Below, one piece after another: positions 9,706 through 17,588 of a stretch of 64,000 bases of DNA (the first letter of the stretch is position 1; every line of letters begins with the position of its first letter). Source of the DNA: a virus (Duplodnaviria; Caudoviricetes); the IMG/VR virus record IMGVR_UViG_3300033075_000861, positions 20,291-84,290 of that record; one strand, given 5' to 3'. Made by a program: the position numbers and the translations under genes. Under the pieces are notes generated by a model. It was given only the letters and a program-made list of their open reading frames with translations. It had not been told where the DNA came from and did not search any database.

Positions 9706-10655
9706 CCTCTCTTTGCTATTTCATCGAAGACGTAGTCCACGTCGTGCTTGCCATAGATGAGTGGCATGTGCTTGCCTTGTGCGATCATTTCAGGGCTTGC
9801 CCACGCCGACGCCATCGACTCCTCAAAGCTGGCGTAGAAGTGGGGAGAGATCGAGTCCCCCTTGGCCCTCCAGAAGATGCCAACCGGCACGCCCAGGTAG
9901 TTGGACACGATCCCGATGCCGGACTGGTAGGAGATGACGAACCTGGCTTTCTTCAGGGCCGCGTAGGTCTGGCCGATGCCCCAGAAGCCGATGTGGTCCT
10001 CCCAGGGTTCGTCCAGCAGCGGCTTGATCACGTTGTCATAGTAGTCGCGTTCGTGTTCACTGCCGACGACCATGATGCGGCACTTGTACTTCCGCTTGAG
10101 CCGCCGCCCAAGCTCCACCCAGTCGTGCGGCTTCCAGATGGAGTTGCGGTTGTGCCCGGCGACCGTGTTGCTCGCCCTGGACCCCAGGAAGAACACGACG
10201 TAGTTGTCGCCCAGGCCCTGGGCAAGCAACTCCTCCTCGGGCCTGAAACTGAAACTGCCCATAGCTTTCCAGTTGATGGCGAACTGAGGCAGCCAGTTCT
10301 CCAGCCGGATTCCCCTCTCTAGGGCGGCGTTGGGCATGAGGACGTAGTCGATGCCAGGCAGGGTGGTATAGCCGTCTGGGATGTAACGGAAATACCCCTG
10401 AGCGTCGGCGGGATCGCCCGGCAGCAGCACCGGGCCGACCTGACCTTGGCTCAGGGGTATTCCGTACATCTCGGCTGACCGGACGAAGCTGAAGCGACGG
10501 ACGAAATCCAACGCCCTGGCCTCGGCCTTGTTGGTGGGGTCGATACAGGCGATCTTCACATGGATGGCATCGGCACCAAGCTGCCTGGCGGCGTCCTCGA
10601 TCTTGAGCAACGCCCAGACGGTGTCGCCAATGCCTTGCGGGGTCAGGAAGTTCAT
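9699..10655 (-). CDS. Glycosyltransferase family 9 (heptosyltransferase-like)
   Basis: GIGDTVW, WKPHDWVEL and FVISYQSGIGIVS match GT9 motifs. Confidence 0.7.
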   Translation of the reverse strand: MNFLTPQGIGDTVWALLKIEDAARQLGADAIHVKIACIDPTNKAEARALDFVRRFSFVRSAEMYGIPLSQGQVGPVLLPGDPADAQGYFRYIPDGYTTLPGIDYVLMPNAALERGIRLENWLPQFAINWKAMGSFSFRPEEELLAQGLGDNYVVFFLGSRASNTVAGHNRNSIWKPHDWVELGRRLKRKYKCRIMVVGSEHERDYYDNVIKPLLDEPWEDHIGFWGIGQTYAALKKARFVISYQSGIGIVSNYLGVPVGIFWRAKGDSISPHFYASFEESMASAWASPEMIAQGKHMPLIYGKHDVDYVFDEIAKRGW

Positions 10656-10659
10656 GCCC

Positions 10660-11223
10660 TTATGTAGTGGCGGGCGGCTCCTGACGCTTCTTGCTCCAGT
10701 ACAGGTTCAACATCGTATCCAGGGTCACCTCGCCCTTGCCCCTGGCCTCGGCCAGCACCTCGGCGGCGAAGCGGGGCCTCTTGTTTTTGTCCGCGAAGGC
10801 GTCCCAGCACTTCAGGCAGCGGGTTTTCCACCAGCCGGTGGACGAGTAAGGCATGGTATCCTCGCGGCTGCCGCAGTCCTCGCAGGTCGTCTCCGACTCT
10901 TTCTCGTACCCCTCGATGATCTCGTAGAGCGTGTCATCGCCGCCCTCAAAGTAGACCCTCAGGGAGGCAAACTTCTCCTTGATCTGGGCGAACCGGAAGT
11001 CGAGTTCCGGCCTGTCCTTGACGTACTCCTCGATTCTCTCGCACATCCGCCAGATGATGTCGAACCAGCCGGCGTCGTGTTCGATGCCGAACATCATGCG
11101 GTTCGTCCGCAGGTTGCGGAAGAAGGAGGGGAACCTGTCGGCCAGCTTCTTTTCCAGTTCGCGGTCCATGACGCACCTCAGAGTTTCTTGCCACAGTGGG
11201 GGCAGTGGCGAATCCAGATCCAC
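10660..11223 (-). CDS. Conserved phage hypothetical protein
   Basis: QIKEKFASLRVY motif plus CEDC/CLKC zinc ligands. Confidence 0.6.
   Translation of the reverse strand: MDLDSPLPPLWQETLRCVMDRELEKKLADRFPSFFRNLRTNRMMFGIEHDAGWFDIIWRMCERIEEYVKDRPELDFRFAQIKEKFASLRVYFEGGDDTLYEIIEGYEKESETTCEDCGSREDTMPYSSTGWWKTRCLKCWDAFADKNKRPRFAAEVLAEARGKGEVTLDTMLNLYWSKKRQEPPATT
10661..10667 (-). promoter_or_regulatory. Putative late promoter CTACATA
   Basis: 5 nt upstream of ATG 10655. Confidence 0.5.
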
Positions 11224-11423
11224 CCCCCACCCACTATATCAGAAAGTCTGATCCCCCACTTCCCCCTGGCGAACTTCTCGTACCGCACTTCGTACAGGCA
11301 CGACTTGGTCCTGTAGTCGAAGGCATCGCAGCAAGGTTTGAACCGCTTGGGCACCCTCTGCGTGCCGTCCAGGCACTCGTCGTTGGTGACGTGGTGAATC
11401 CTCTTGTTGGCCTCTTCGTTCAT
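11178..11423 (-). CDS. Small Cys-rich protein
   Basis: CC and C-terminal HCPHCGKKL. Confidence 0.55.
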   Translation of the reverse strand: MNEEANKRIHHVTNDECLDGTQRVPKRFKPCCDAFDYRTKSCLYEVRYEKFARGKWGIRLSDIVGGGWIWIRHCPHCGKKL

Positions 11424-11665
11424 GACTCCTCACTAACTGTGAATATGCCCATCGCCTTGATCACGTCAGCCTCCTCAATCGTCTCCTTGCCGGACCAGCC
11501 GAAGTGCAGCGTTCCTAGTTGAGGGTGCCAGCCCCTGTAGTAGCGTCGGACCCTCATGAAACAGCCGCTCTGGGCGATTACCTCGGTGCCCACGATCTCA
11601 GGCTTGTCGTTCACGGTCGCCTCCTTTATCAGGACGCGGGATTGTAAACGGTCGTCCTGAGCCAT
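11420..11665 (-). CDS. Hypothetical protein
   Basis: ATG 11665; coupled to the downstream gene. Confidence 0.5.
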   Translation of the reverse strand: MAQDDRLQSRVLIKEATVNDKPEIVGTEVIAQSGCFMRVRRYYRGWHPQLGTLHFGWSGKETIEEADVIKAMGIFTVSEES

Positions 11666-11701
11666 AGCTAGGCTAATTAGACCTTCAACCAAGGAGGAAG
11701 G

Positions 11702-12445
11702 ATGAGGAAGTTCGGTTGGAAGCCATCGCCGGTGAAGTTCAAGTTCACCCAGGCGGTGGCCCCCGTTGGTATGGCCCCGCCGCCCGCTCGGTGGGACATC
11801 GGCAAGTACTTGCCGCCCGTCTACGATCAGGAAGACCTCGGCTCCTGCACGGCCAACGCCAGTGCGGCCCTGGCCCAGACCCTGATGAACGTCCTGGGAA
11901 GGAAGGTCTTCCGCCCCAGCCGCCTGGCCCTGTACTACTGGACCCGTCTCAGGGAGGGCAACGTCGAGGAGGACACCGGATGCTCGGTGGCCGACGCCTG
12001 CAACACGTTGTTCCTCAACGGCGTGCCCAACGAGGCGAAGTGGGCCTATGACACCAAGAAGTTCACCGAGGAGCCGCCGATCAACGTCGCCCGGCTCGCC
12101 ATGCAGCACCGCACCCACGCCCCCGAGTCGGTGAAGCCGGACGCCCCGTCCATCGAGGCGATGATCGCCCAGAACCACCCGGTCGCCTTCGGCTTCTGGG
12201 TGTTCAAGTCGTTCGACAACGTCGGCTCGGACGGCCTGGTGCCCATGCCCAAGAGGGACGAGGAGAAGTACGGCGGTCACGCCGTCTGCATCGTCGGCTA
12301 CGACAGGGACAAGCAACTGTTCAAGGTGAGGAACAGTTGGGGCACCGAGTGGGGCGACAAGGGCTACTGCTACATGCCCTACAAGTTCGTCATCAACCGG
12401 AGGATCTCCGAGGACTTCTGGGTCGTCCGCGACCTGAAGTGGTAA
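11702..12445 (+). CDS. Papain-like (C1A) cysteine protease
   Basis: QEDLGSCTANA (Q, catalytic C), GGHAV (H), RNSWGTEWGDKGY (N). Confidence 0.9.
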   Translation: MRKFGWKPSPVKFKFTQAVAPVGMAPPPARWDIGKYLPPVYDQEDLGSCTANASAALAQTLMNVLGRKVFRPSRLALYYWTRLREGNVEEDTGCSVADACNTLFLNGVPNEAKWAYDTKKFTEEPPINVARLAMQHRTHAPESVKPDAPSIEAMIAQNHPVAFGFWVFKSFDNVGSDGLVPMPKRDEEKYGGHAVCIVGYDRDKQLFKVRNSWGTEWGDKGYCYMPYKFVINRRISEDFWVVRDLKW

Positions 12446-12450
12446 ACGAA

Positions 12451-12480
12451 GAGGGCCGGGTGGTTAGCCGCCCGACCCTC
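12451..12480. terminator. GC-rich hairpin between convergent genes
   Basis: GAGGGCCGGGTGG-TTAG-CCGCCCGACCCTC. Confidence 0.55.
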
Positions 12481-12486
12481 AGTCTT

Positions 12487-12735
12487 TCAGCAGAACCGCG
12501 ATTCCCACTTGCCGTCGCGTTCGTAGGAGTCGAGCATCAGGTCGTACCTGCTGCTGTCCGTACATCCCTTCAGGCGGATCAGGTTGCCGTCCTCGACCCG
12601 GTCCACCCGGACCCACTCGCCATCGGTCAGGACGATCTTGTCGCCCGGCTCGGGCATCTTGTCGATCTCGACCTCGCGGCGTGCCTGGAAGCCGCCGTCG
12701 CGGCAGTTCCACTCCTCGATGAGGTAGGTCTTCAT
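12487..12735 (-). CDS. Hypothetical protein
   Basis: 82-aa ORF with GGAG RBS. Confidence 0.55.
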   Translation of the reverse strand: MKTYLIEEWNCRDGGFQARREVEIDKMPEPGDKIVLTDGEWVRVDRVEDGNLIRLKGCTDSSRYDLMLDSYERDGKWESRFC

Positions 12736-12764
12736 TCCTGCTCCTCGCGGGTTCGGACCCGCAG

Positions 12765-13025
12765 TTACTCCTGCTCCTCAAAAGCCTCCTGGGCACGCCT
12801 GAGTTCGTTCAGCACCGACTCAAGCTGGAGGACGTAGTTCTCCACGTCTTCCGAGTTGCCGAAGGTGATGTGGACGTTGCCGAGGACGGGACCGCTGTTC
12901 CATCCGTGCCCGGTGTGGTTGTCGTAGCTCAATTTGACCTGGGTCAGTTTGCCGCCGGCCATCGTCTTCTGGACGCTGACCGAGGGCAGGGCCGACGTTG
13001 CGTTCTGAGGTGACATGCCCATCAC
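12765..13025 (-). CDS. Hypothetical protein
   Basis: GTGATG overlap with the upstream gene. Confidence 0.5.
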   Translation of the reverse strand: MMGMSPQNATSALPSVSVQKTMAGGKLTQVKLSYDNHTGHGWNSGPVLGNVHITFGNSEDVENYVLQLESVLNELRRAQEAFEEQE

Positions 13026-13294
13026 TGCTCGCCTCCGTAGGTCTTCTCGACCTCATCAATGGCCTTGATGGCGTTCTGAAGCTCGTTCCTGTAGTGAAGG
13101 AGCGTCTTTTTGTCGTTCAGGTTGACCTTGCCATCGTGAAGCTGGCGGAACTGGATGGTCAGCGTCTTGGGGTTAGGTCCGTCTGAGGTGATGGTCGTCA
13201 CCACGGACGGCAGGCGGTCCTCGGGCCTGCCGGGGCAGCCGGTCAGCAGGACGGCACACAGGGCCAGCAACGCGGCCCCCAGGGTCTTCTTCAT
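13022..13294 (-). CDS. Putative lipoprotein
   Basis: MKKTLGAALLALCAVLLTGC signal peptide with LTGC lipobox. Confidence 0.7.
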   Translation of the reverse strand: MKKTLGAALLALCAVLLTGCPGRPEDRLPSVVTTITSDGPNPKTLTIQFRQLHDGKVNLNDKKTLLHYRNELQNAIKAIDEVEKTYGGEQ

Positions 13295-13713
13295 CACTCC
13301 TCCTTGTCGTCTTCCTTGGTCGGGTCGATCTTGCCGTTCTCGTAGTCGGCGTAGCAGGCGGGGCACAAATCGATTTCCTCGTTGGGAATCGGGGCGAGCT
13401 TCAGGAGCTTCAGGGACACCTCGTTGAAGCAGTAGTCGCAGTGACCCCCGCTGCACGTCTCGCCCTCCACATCGACGTGCTGAATCTTCTGGCCCTTGAA
13501 GAACCCCCAGAAAGCCAGATCCCCGGTGTGGAAGTAGTGGTAGCCGTTGTGTTCGGAGGCTACCAGAAGCCACTCGCCGTACCTCCAGGCCAGGGCGTGG
13601 CGGAACGTCAGGGCGGTGCCGTCCTCATGGTTGACCTGAACGATGGAGTCTCCGAACACCGGGGCCGTCAGCTTCATCCTGCCGATGATCTCTTCGCACA
13701 GTTTCTGGTTCAT
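13294..13713 (-). CDS. Hypothetical protein with C-terminal zinc finger
   Basis: CDYC...CPAC. Confidence 0.6.
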   Translation of the reverse strand: MNQKLCEEIIGRMKLTAPVFGDSIVQVNHEDGTALTFRHALAWRYGEWLLVASEHNGYHYFHTGDLAFWGFFKGQKIQHVDVEGETCSGGHCDYCFNEVSLKLLKLAPIPNEEIDLCPACYADYENGKIDPTKEDDKEE

Positions 13714-13724
13714 GTGTGTACCTA

Positions 13725-13817
13725 GGGTGGTGGCCTGACGGCAAAATCCGTCGCCCGTATAAACCACGAATACGCCGTTGCATAGTTACGGCGGCGAGGG
13801 AGCGTGGGGGCCACCCC
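13725..13817 (-). ncRNA. Candidate structured RNA (three-stem)
   Basis: GGTGGCC/GGCCACC closes CCACG/CGTGG, CGCCGT/ACGGCG and GACGG/CCGTC stems in an intergenic gap. Confidence 0.4.
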
Positions 13818-13820
13818 AAA

Positions 13821-14312
13821 TCACTTTCCAGGGCAGTTCGGGGAAGGCCACTCAGCCGCCAACCAATCCGGCAATCCGGGGGTAACCCTGGTGACCTTAA
13901 CCTTCTCCAGTTCCGCGTGCAAGCCAGTCTCGGCCCGAATCCTCTTCATAGCCGTCTTGAGCTTCTCCGGGTCGAACGGCGGCTTGGGCAGCATGTACCA
14001 GTGCCCGTCGTTGACGTAGTCCTCGTAGCACCAGCCCCTGGTCGCCTTCCTGACGCCGTCGATGCTGTAGATAGACACCTCGGGACGCCACTTCAGCGAC
14101 AGGCAGCCAGGCTCCACACTGACGTAGAAATCGACCTCTTGGTCAGGCATCTCCTGATCGAAAATCTCCTTCACCTTGGCTTTGGCGGCTCGGGAGATGT
14201 CGCTGACTTCTTCCTTGATCTGGTCGCCCAGGCGGCGGTGCCTCAACTGCATGTGTCGGCAGCGGCTGACTTTCCTGAGGATGATGTCAGCCGTGGTTCG
14301 TGTTTTGCTCAT
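13821..14312 (-). CDS. Hypothetical protein
   Basis: 163-aa ORF. Confidence 0.55.
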   Translation of the reverse strand: MSKTRTTADIILRKVSRCRHMQLRHRRLGDQIKEEVSDISRAAKAKVKEIFDQEMPDQEVDFYVSVEPGCLSLKWRPEVSIYSIDGVRKATRGWCYEDYVNDGHWYMLPKPPFDPEKLKTAMKRIRAETGLHAELEKVKVTRVTPGLPDWLAAEWPSPNCPGK

Positions 14313-14331
14313 GTTACATGATAAGAAACGA

Positions 14332-14363
14332 AGACACCCCCGGAGGTCAGTCCGGGGGTGTCT
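14332..14363 (-). terminator. Intrinsic terminator ending the tRNA operon
   Basis: Perfect 13-bp stem AGACACCCCCGGA/TCCGGGGGTGTCT followed on - strand by TCGTTTCTT. Confidence 0.7.
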
Positions 14364-14447
14364 GAGGCGACAACTACCTGCCGAGGTGTGAGCGGAAGAC
14401 TAACGGCGTAGCCGTGATGGACCAGTGCTTCGACTCAATTCACAAAG

Positions 14448-14536
14448 CGGAAGGAGCGGGAGTCGAACCCGCACAGCACCTTTCGGTGCTGACTCGGCTT
14501 CCAACCGAGCGGACTTGCCAATGTACCAACCCTTCC
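14448..14536 (-). tRNA. tRNA-Ser(GGA)
   Basis: Cloverleaf, loop TTGGAAG, long variable arm, G73. Confidence 0.9.
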
Positions 14537-14728
14537 TTACGTTCTCCCGAAGGAGAGGTTCTTCTGCAAACGGACCTCCTTGTTGAGAAAGGTCCAGCAC
14601 TCGCCGCTCTCGTCCAAGAAGATCACCCACATCAGGTCGTGTTCCTGGGAGTAGTCGATCAAGACATGGGCAAATCCTTTGCCCCTAGGGGTGTCCAGCG
14701 GGATCGGTGGATCAAGCCTGAGCATCAT
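14537..14728 (-). CDS. Small conserved hypothetical protein inside the tRNA operon
   Basis: LDPPIPLDTPRGKG...IDYSQEHDLMWV; CTAGATA motif 4 nt upstream. Confidence 0.65.
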   Translation of the reverse strand: MMLRLDPPIPLDTPRGKGFAHVLIDYSQEHDLMWVIFLDESGECWTFLNKEVRLQKNLSFGRT

Positions 14729-14735
14729 GCCCTAT

Positions 14736-14933
14736 CTAGTCTTTTGTCAGGTTGGCCGTCGTATGACCGTGGGCGGTCCCGATCTCTAGGATCGTTTTCG
14801 CCTCGGAGTGCTTGAGCAGGGCAAGGATTACAGCCACGTCCAGAAGCGGCGTGTAGTACGACAGGGCGTCGGGGGCCTCGACCCGGTTATACTTGCCAAA
14901 GAACTCGTCTTGGCTGATGGTGGCGATCTTCAT
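14736..14933 (-). pseudogene. Truncated class I methyltransferase fragment
   Basis: ILEIGTAHGHTT (motif I) is followed within a few codons by TAG at aa 65. Confidence 0.5.
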
Positions 14934-14935
14934 GC

Positions 14936-15169
14936 CTAGAACATAGTAGGTTCGTGACCGAAGTCCTCACGCAGCCGCCGCCGGCAGTTCTCGTAGTAGG
15001 ACGCCTTCCTCTGGTCGATCTCGGCGTCGGCGTAGTTGTGGGCGATGAACAGCCCCTGGAGGATGTCCCAGTCGTTGTCCCACAGCACCTCCAGCCAGAA
15101 TAGCCTGTCCCGACGCTCGTCATCGGGGAGGCTGAGGATCTCAGCCCTCGATTCTTCATAGGTCTTCAT
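14936..15169 (-). CDS. Hypothetical protein
   Basis: 77-aa ORF. Confidence 0.5.
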   Translation of the reverse strand: MKTYEESRAEILSLPDDERRDRLFWLEVLWDNDWDILQGLFIAHNYADAEIDQRKASYYENCRRRLREDFGHEPTMF

Positions 15170-15193
15170 GAAAAGCTCGCCTTATCATCTAGC

Positions 15194-15904
15194 ATGGGTA
15201 CTTCCATACTAGCTGAGTGGGGCATTGACGAATACCGCCTCACCAACATCCTGAGCAACAACCCTAGCCTAAAAGGCATGCTTCTGGGCTACGTTGCCGA
15301 GGACAAACTGACCGAGCGGCTGGCGGGCGACCACCGCCTTGTCGTGCTTGAGAAGCCGGACGACCACGACCGGAAGAACAAGGGCGACCGCGTGGTGTCC
15401 TACAAGGGCCACAGGTTCCGTATGGAGTCCAAATGCCTCCAGGGCAACTCGATCAAGAGGAGTGCCGCCGGCGGCAGCGGCAAGGCCCAGTGTGACGCCA
15501 GTGATTGCAGGATGGTGGTGCTGCCCGATGGTCAGGCGGTCAAAACGACGTGTCTCAAGTACGACGAGTTCGACATCCTGGCCGTGTGCCTTTACTCGCT
15601 GACAGGTTCATGGGATTTCGGATTCATCCTCAACAGGGATCTGCCGCCTACCGGGGCCTACACCGAGGATGTCAACCGTCACCTCATCAAGACATCGGTC
15701 AGCATCGAGTGGCCCTTGAGGTCGCCATTCGTGGATGACTACTGCCCCCTGATGGACCTGCTTATCGAGCGGAAGGAGCGGGAGTTGAACCCGCAGTCCC
15801 CCGAGGGGGACGGCAGTTTAGCAAACTGCTGCGACGAACCGATAGTCGCCTCCCTTCCATGTGTCCAATCCAGTCGCCCAGAGTTACTTGTCGCCTTGGC
15901 GTGA
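15194..15904 (+). CDS. PD-(D/E)xK restriction-endonuclease-like protein
   Basis: GYVAE helix followed by KGD-x10-ESK; antisense to the tRNA operon; 3' end overlaps tRNA-Ser(GCT). Confidence 0.6.
   Translation: MGTSILAEWGIDEYRLTNILSNNPSLKGMLLGYVAEDKLTERLAGDHRLVVLEKPDDHDRKNKGDRVVSYKGHRFRMESKCLQGNSIKRSAAGGSGKAQCDASDCRMVVLPDGQAVKTTCLKYDEFDILAVCLYSLTGSWDFGFILNRDLPPTGAYTEDVNRHLIKTSVSIEWPLRSPFVDDYCPLMDLLIERKERELNPQSPEGDGSLANCCDEPIVASLPCVQSSRPELLVALA
15770..15858 (-). tRNA. tRNA-Ser(GCT)
   Basis: Cloverleaf, loop TTGCTAA, long variable arm, G73. Confidence 0.9.
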
Positions 15905-15986
15905 TCTCGCCTGCCACAGCTTTCACTCAGGCCCCAGGGGTTCTGCTGAGAGTCGTTTCACGACACTAAGACCGAATCGAACAGTT

Positions 15987-16233
15987 TCAGTCGATGACCA
16001 AGCATATCAGACCAGCGTGTAGTCTCCTGTGACAGTTGGCACAAAGTATCACGCACTTGGCTATCTCGTCCTTAATCCTTGGCATTCCGTAGTCCCGGTC
16101 CCGTCCTATGCTGAAAGTCTTGTCCCGCAAGTGATGGAAATCCAAGCAGGCCACGCATGTCTCGCCGCCCAGCCCTCTTCTTGTTGAAGTCGGCTATAGG
16201 TTTTTCTTCGTTGCAGAGTGTGCAGGTCTTCAT
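15987..16233 (-). pseudogene. HNH endonuclease remnant (internal deletion and frameshift)
   Basis: MKTCTLCNEEKPIADF in one frame joins GETCVACLDFHH...KCVILCANCHRRLH in the +1 frame. Confidence 0.7.
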
Positions 16234-16277
16234 GTCCTAATGTAGTCAGGGAGATGAAAACCTGCTCTGTATTTCAG

Positions 16278-16349
16278 TGCCACCCCACGGAGTTGAACCG
16301 TGGCTCGATGCTCTTCAGGCATCTGTGCAGACCCCTACACCAGAGTGGC
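16278..16349 (-). tRNA. tRNA-Phe(GAA)
   Basis: GCCACTC/GGGTGGC acceptor, GATGC-CTGAAGA-GCATC anticodon arm. Confidence 0.8.
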
Positions 16350-16352
16350 ATT

Positions 16353-16483
16353 TGACGGAGACATAATCGCCTGCGGGTTGATTCCTGTGGGATTCGATAC
16401 CCACAAATCCCTTGCGGGATGCCGACTTTTGAGGTCAGTGTGTTTACTTTACACGAAGGAACCGCAAACTGCAACTTCCGTCA
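16353..16483 (-). ncRNA. Stem-enclosed degenerate tRNA-Leu(CAA)-like RNA (cloverleaf 16379-16463)
   Basis: TGACGGA/TCCGTCA terminal stem; D-loop lacks GG; 8-nt T-loop TATCGAAT; CTCAAAA loop; long variable arm. Confidence 0.65.
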
Positions 16484-16484
16484 G

Positions 16485-16568
16485 TCGGGGAGGCGGGAGT
16501 CGAACCCGCATGGCTCAAGGCCGGCATGGTTTAAGCATGCTGTGTCTCACCATTTCCACCACACCCCG
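16485..16568 (-). tRNA. tRNA-Leu(TAA)
   Basis: GCATG-CTTAAAC-CATGC, long variable arm, A73. Confidence 0.85.
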
Positions 16569-16569
16569 A

Positions 16570-16875
16570 TTACTCGTAACCCAACTCCTTGATCGCCCTG
16601 TCGGCATCCTTCTTGTAGCCGATGCCGACCTTAGACCTCTCCCTCCTGATGAGGTTCTCCGCGTGTGCCTTGAGACTAAGGGCATCGGTGTTTCTTTTCC
16701 GCCACCTCTTCGCAGCACGTCTGTGTCCTTCGGGATTATCTTTCCTGCGTTGCCTCGATTTTTCAGCACGACATTGCAGGCACTGGTAGTCTAACCCAGA
16801 CTTGGTGGCTTCGTTTACGCCGAACGCCGAAGTCGGTTTGGCGTTTTTGCAACCGCTACAATAGGTCAGGTTCAT
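16570..16875 (-). CDS. Zinc-finger protein resembling an HNH N-terminus without the nuclease domain
   Basis: CSGC...GLDYQCLQC followed by a basic helix; no HNH motif. Confidence 0.55.
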   Translation of the reverse strand: MNLTYCSGCKNAKPTSAFGVNEATKSGLDYQCLQCRAEKSRQRRKDNPEGHRRAAKRWRKRNTDALSLKAHAENLIRRERSKVGIGYKKDADRAIKELGYE

Positions 16876-16902
16876 GTGAGTCTCCTGACCTATTGTAGCG
16901 GC

Positions 16903-17274
16903 TCAGAACTCGTCGTCGTTGGGCCAGTCGTCGGGGTCGGTGCCCCACTCCTCAAGGAAAGCCCTGACCTTCTTGCCCTTGTCGGTCAGCCAGCTTCCGC
17001 CGACGCTGCCGCCGTGTTCCATCAGTCCGTGAGCGTTTAGGAAGTACAGGATCAGCATGTCGTAGCCGCTGCCTGGGCCTTCCCAGTTGCCGCCGCGAGC
17101 GTAAGCCCACGCCTTGCGGTCGCCGCCCTCGTCGTAGGCTCTCAGCGTCTCCAAAAGGGCGTCGTAGCCCTCGTCGGGGTTGCCGCAGCCGCAGAAGTCG
17201 AGACTGCGGATGCCCTGAAGTCCTTCTTTCCAGGCTTGCATGGCTTCCATGTGTATCCTCTTCTTCCGCTTCAT
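16903..17274 (-). CDS. Hypothetical protein
   Basis: GAGGAG RBS; FCGCGNP and EHGGSVGGSWLT motifs. Confidence 0.65.
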   Translation of the reverse strand: MKRKKRIHMEAMQAWKEGLQGIRSLDFCGCGNPDEGYDALLETLRAYDEGGDRKAWAYARGGNWEGPGSGYDMLILYFLNAHGLMEHGGSVGGSWLTDKGKKVRAFLEEWGTDPDDWPNDDEF

Positions 17275-17290
17275 GTGACTCCTCGTTCCG

Positions 17291-17369
17291 TCTGATTGGT
17301 GGGAATCGAACCCACAGGGCCTCGCCGGCACGGTGTGCAACCGTTTGACCTGCCAATGTCTACAGCCAG
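17291..17369 (-). tRNA. Atypical tRNA with GCA (Cys) anticodon on a Tyr-like body
   Basis: Loop TTGCACA, C1-G72, A73, 13-nt variable region, D-loop identical to adjacent tRNA-Tyr. Confidence 0.65.
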
Positions 17370-17376
17370 ACGGAAG

Positions 17377-17459
17377 TGTGTCGTGCAGGAGTCGAACCTG
17401 CAAGGCTCTAAGAGCGGCACGGTTACAGCGTGCTGGGCCTGCCAATGCCCAAACGACAC
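17377..17459 (-). tRNA. tRNA-Tyr(GTA)
   Basis: GCACG-CTGTAAC-CGTGC, variable arm, A73. Confidence 0.9.
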
Positions 17460-17588
17460 ATGATGGGTGCAAAGCCCGGCGTAACCGTGCCCTGTCCGAA
17501 GTCGGTCAATTCATAGTCATCAGCCGCTTTTACGGCAACGCTCCGTTAGCTCCCATATCCACCGGGTTCGGACCCGGAGTTCATCCAG

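Noticed and set aside
13741-13785. Plus-strand mini-ORF AKSVARINHEYAVA* resembling a tmRNA tag, preceded by a pk1-like sequence
   Set aside because: No tmRNA acceptor ends (GGGG 5' end, T-arm plus CCA, G3-U70) nearby on that strand; the region folds better on the - strand.
13780-13817. CTCCCTCGC resembling an HDV/theta ribozyme L3 loop
   Set aside because: No matching P1 strands or J4/2 catalytic segment could be built.
13761-14410. 9-bp inverted repeat TACGCCGTT/AACGGCGTA flanking gene 13821-14312
   Set aside because: Too short to exclude chance, and each copy already participates in a local hairpin.
17505-17545. GCTGATGAC on the - strand resembling a hammerhead core or fluoride riboswitch 3' end
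   Set aside because: No stem II/GAAA for a hammerhead, and no GGNGAUGG...CC P1 or pseudoknot partner for crcB.
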